A stretch of 63,015 nt of DNA, counting the filler, from Asterionella formosa (lineage: Eukaryota), in assembly GCA_002256025.1 (NCBI GenBank). It is 12 parts of 12 records of this genome, joined end to end, with 100 filler letters (N's around TTAATTAATTAA, not from the genome) between each part and the next. Parts side by side here need not be neighbours in the genome. Positions count along the whole stretch, not along the records: positions 57,868 to 63,015 come from NKIB01013197.1; 11 more parts are not named here. One strand, written 5' to 3'. How positions within the stretch are numbered: the first letter of the stretch is position 1; every line of letters begins with the position of its first letter. A model generated the notes under the pieces. That model searched no databases. It worked only from the letters and a program-made list of their open reading frames with translations, and was not told where the DNA came from. This document shows positions 59,066-63,015 of the stretch, in pieces. Both the position numbers and the translations under genes were made by a program.

Positions 59066-62000
59066 GACAGCATGGTAATCTCTTCAGATCTTCTGGTAGC
59101 TAGTAGTCCTTCTTAAGCTCCTCATGTAAAGAAGGATAAAATCTTTGGCTGTGGAAACTGCCTATTTGGTCTAAGAAATCATTGATGGTTACCAAAAAGA
59201 ACAATGAGAAGGTACTAATGGAGAAAGCTATACTTCTTCTGCACAAAGAAACCTGTGCAGCATTCTATTATGGACAAGAAAATGTTAAATATATAGTTTA
59301 TCTAGCGTGGTACATATTGTACCATAGGTCACTCGCCTCCATAAATTGGCTAGTAGTAGGCAAAATATGGGTGGACATGAAAAATGCATATGCACTGAGA
59401 CAAAAGGCCACATATAGCTAGTATATTTGAACTGTGGTGTCATTAATTAATACCTGTGTGACAGTAAGTTACCCGTTTATTGGGGCTGATGTGGTGGGAT
59501 TTACACCCAAATCGTATGAACATGGTACTATGGGCACCGATTTCATAAGTAGAGGCAGAACAATAGATGCCACTTATAGTACGCACACCATTGATAAGGA
59601 CAATGGAGGGGGCATAAGTATTAAAGCCTGGTCCTAGACAAGGTAGACGTAAGCGTACATAAAACAAAAACCAGTGGGAATACGATGGGACGTATGACAT
59701 GTGTTGTGGACTTGTGATCTAAACAAACCAGGTAATTAAGCAGGGCTAAGTGTGGGGACAATTATTGACAGTTGTATGACTCCCGCATATTGAGGGGCAT
59801 AATTAAATCACATACTTGTAGCTAGCTAGGTACAAGAAATGATATGGAAAAAATTCAAAGACAGCACATTATCAAATCAAGGAAAACAACGATATCCTCA
59901 TGCGTTCTTGTATATATTTCAATTATGTATGAGCTTAATACACACATGATGTGCGATATAAAGAGTGTCTTTGAGCTATGAAATGTTCAACTGTGTATAT
60001 TTTTATACATTTACAAATTTTATACAAGTGTACATGTGTAGAGGTTCCTTGCCATGCATACCGGGAACACATCCTGAAATGAAAGATGAAGTAAAGCTAC
60101 AACAAAGTGATAAACCTTGCGGCTGAGAAGGATTGAAATTGGAGAAGTTAATGGAATCTAGCTATGGTATCATGTCAAGGGCAGCACAGCATGCATGTCA
60201 AGATGATGGATTGTTGGTTCAAAAAGACTAAATGGTAGCATCCTTTTGCATTTGGTAGGAAACCACCAATGTCGACAAAAAAATTGGTAGCTAGTTCTTG
60301 CTCTTGCTGGATCAATGCACAACTGTTAGAACATCACTGACACATGTTTTTTTATCTTTTAGGATCATGTAAATCAAACATTAGACGAATAGCGCATGCG
60401 AATTTAGAAATGGGGTTGCAGCAAGTAGCTAGTCAGACAAGCTTCAGAATCAGAGTGGAAGGGACACATGCATCAAAGGCCTTAAATGGAGGAGGGGGGA
60501 GTCATGCATCCTCAAGAGCATTGAAGGGAAGCAGGAGGCATGCATCAAGAGTATTGAGACAAAAGCAAAGGGGACCATTGGTTGTTAAACAGCACAAATG
60601 TAGAAAAATAAAAATCATTTGTGTTTTAACAGTAAAATTACAATCCATTTCAACATATTTTCAACAGCTTTTTCGATTAGAATTAGCATCATGTTAGGAT
60701 AGATACATGATGAAAGAATGTACTCTTACATCATAGGATATTGTTTTGATAATTATATGGTGTTTTGTTTTTTATAAGTCTGCTCAACAGCCATGGTCAT
60801 ACTTATAGTATACATTTATCATACATGTAACGAAATATGTATCATGTGGAGAAAATTTCTGTGCCAGCCAGTTATCATATAATACCCCTGAGGAGCGATC
60901 TCAGAAGGAGCATGATACTTTTTATTTGCAGAGGTAGTCCAATTGAAGGAGTCATTCAGGGAGCGGACAGAGCCATTGGTGGCAGTCTCGAAGAAAGTAC
61001 TCTGCTGGACTATAATGTGGAGGAGGGGTTCAAGAGACACAGGGTACTAGGTGATAATTCCTAAGAAGTAAAGAGTAGAACAAAGGGGGAGGGAAGCAAT
61101 GTAGTTTGGAAAAGTGGATGGAGGAGGAGTGGAAAAGAGAAGGGGGTGGGGGCGGCGTGATGAGTGGTACTAATTTGTGGGTGGGGTAGTCATCGGTTGA
61201 TGGTGATGGTTACTGCAGAGGAGGGAAGAGTCAGAAGGAGGCTTTGGGACTGGCACAAAGCGGTAGAGAGGAGAGTAATGAAAGTAACCTTTGTTAAAAT
61301 GATTCAAACAGTTAGTACTTGCATGCATTAGTTGACCTCAACTTGAAAGGGTACAATTGGGATCCACTCTACATTTTTCTAAAATTAGTCCAAAAAAAGG
61401 TGTAATGATATTTGTGATCTTCAGCAGTATTTGAATGGGCCTGCTATATATTATATAAATATACTAGGTATCATGGTTAGTAGGACCTACCATACTGCGA
61501 GTCTACGTGTTCTGGTAAAGTTGACTTATTTACTACTGGTATTCATTTTTATATACATAGTTGCAAAGAATTTTTTTATTACGCGTTATAGACCCTCAAC
61601 TATGGTTTAGTTCTTTGGTTTGCACTTTGGCCCAGAGGACCAGGATTGTGAATTTAGGACAGGGGAGCCAGGCAAGGATGCCATGCGGCTCTTAGAGTTG
61701 TGGGATGAGGAGATTTTGTTATTGGGTGTGACTCACGAAAGGAACCCATGTGGCACTTAGATTTTTTGGTGGAGAAAGTGAGAGAAACAAATGGTCATGA
61801 CAAGCAAATCATCTTTGAAGCAGGGTGAGAAAGAGAGAAAAATAATGGATGCATTATGGTCTCAGAAGGCAGAGAGAGAGATGTGAGAATATCTTGGATG
61901 CTAGGAGTAAGAATGATGATATTAAGAGGTAGCTAGCAAATTTCAGATGAGTGAAATGATTGAGTTAGCTGTTGCTATTCAAATGAATGGGATAAACACT

Positions 62001-63015
62001 GGTGCAAAGACGTGGAAGAAAAATATTATAGAAAAGAGGCCTGGAATGAAAGAATAATGCAGTGATACTATGCTGATTGGAGTGAACTGGATCCTCAATT
62101 TTGGGCGGAGGAATAGCTAGTTTGCTGAATAGGAATCAAATAATTGAATTCTAGGCTGAAATGGAGCCTATCAGAGTGGTAAGAGCGGTCAGTAGGCCTT
62201 GTGTTCTTGGGTTTGGGGGTGTTTTTGATAGGGGGAGGAGACCTTATCAGATGTAGCGGGTAAGGTGGTGCCTTTTTTGTTGGCCGGAAAAATGAAGGGA
62301 TTGGGGCTGGCTGTGGTAGATGCCTCGCTCTTTTCAAATAGCTGTACAGACCATAAAATGATCATGAAATGATAAGCAGGAGAGGCAGGGGTCAGTCGAG
62401 GGGAATGAGAAGTGAGACTGGTGGTAAGTGTGGGGATTGGAGAGTGGTGCATGAAATATGCGCCAACCAATTGTTCTGCGGGTTTGGGTTTCTTTTGCAG
62501 TGTGGTGAGAGGGGTTCTGGATGATACCGTTTTCTTTGAATTCTTAAGGGCAGGGTTGGGATGAGATACTGGTGGTGGAGGGAAATGAAGTGGAAGAGCG
62601 GCTGCAAAGGAGCCCAAAACGGGCATGGTGCACAGGAGGAGGATCAGAAGCAGCGTGTAAATTAGTCCGTAGACTTGGTACAAGTAGGAGGGAATGATGT
62701 GTCTATGTATGAAAGCCGGAGGTGAGTTCGCTGCATTTCTGAAGCTATATATTTACATATATATATGTGATGCGGATAAATCAATTTTGTTGACGTCACA
62801 ATGGCCTTCGGCATCTTTTCTTTGTTGCTATATATACATGACCAAACATTATGCCTTATTTTATTTATGTATGTCATTCGGAATTAAAACCGACATCACT
62901 CCAGGAACTGACAACCGCTTAAAAAAAGGGATTGCCACTGACTACATAATGTATCACTGACGCTTCTATATTCCGTTCAGCCTCTCGCTATCTTTACTAA
63001 AGTAATTCTTTGTTC

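Noticed and set aside
60800..62700. Purine-skewed region with short ORFs (e.g. 62189-62683)
   Set aside because: Probably a very old retroelement relic, but no diagnostic motif could be read.

Overview
Eukaryotic nuclear DNA, most likely from a diatom. This is inferred from short GT-AG introns, diatom-type Ty1/copia elements and diatom-style ankyrin and ARM repeat genes. The window is not one locus. It is 12 unrelated contigs of about 5.15-5.17 kb, ordered by decreasing length from the second onward and joined by an artificial 100-nt linker (44 N + TTAATTAATTAA + 44 N), so gene neighbourhoods across linkers mean nothing. Recognisable genes: CCR4-NOT subunit Not3/5 (2 introns), RNA Pol II subunit RPB9, a class-V PLP lyase, cytosolic isoleucyl-tRNA synthetase (1 intron), an aldo-keto reductase, a CNNM/DUF21-CBS metal transporter, a LETM1-domain protein, a mitochondrial carrier (1 intron), an ARM-repeat protein and a ~27-repeat ankyrin protein. 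The rest is mostly mobile-element debris: four copia elements of different ages (three with identifiable LTRs) and Mutator-like and piggyBac-like transposase remnants. Best leads: (1) the ankyrin gene has a near-invariant scaffold, hypervariable surface positions and shuffled modules; (2) a dispersed repeat family carries a Ulp1/C48-like protease in three contigs; (3) a tRNA-headed SINE-like element occurs in two contigs; (4) an intron-dense orphan gene is missed by the ORF track. All identifications come from reading the sequence; no searches were run.
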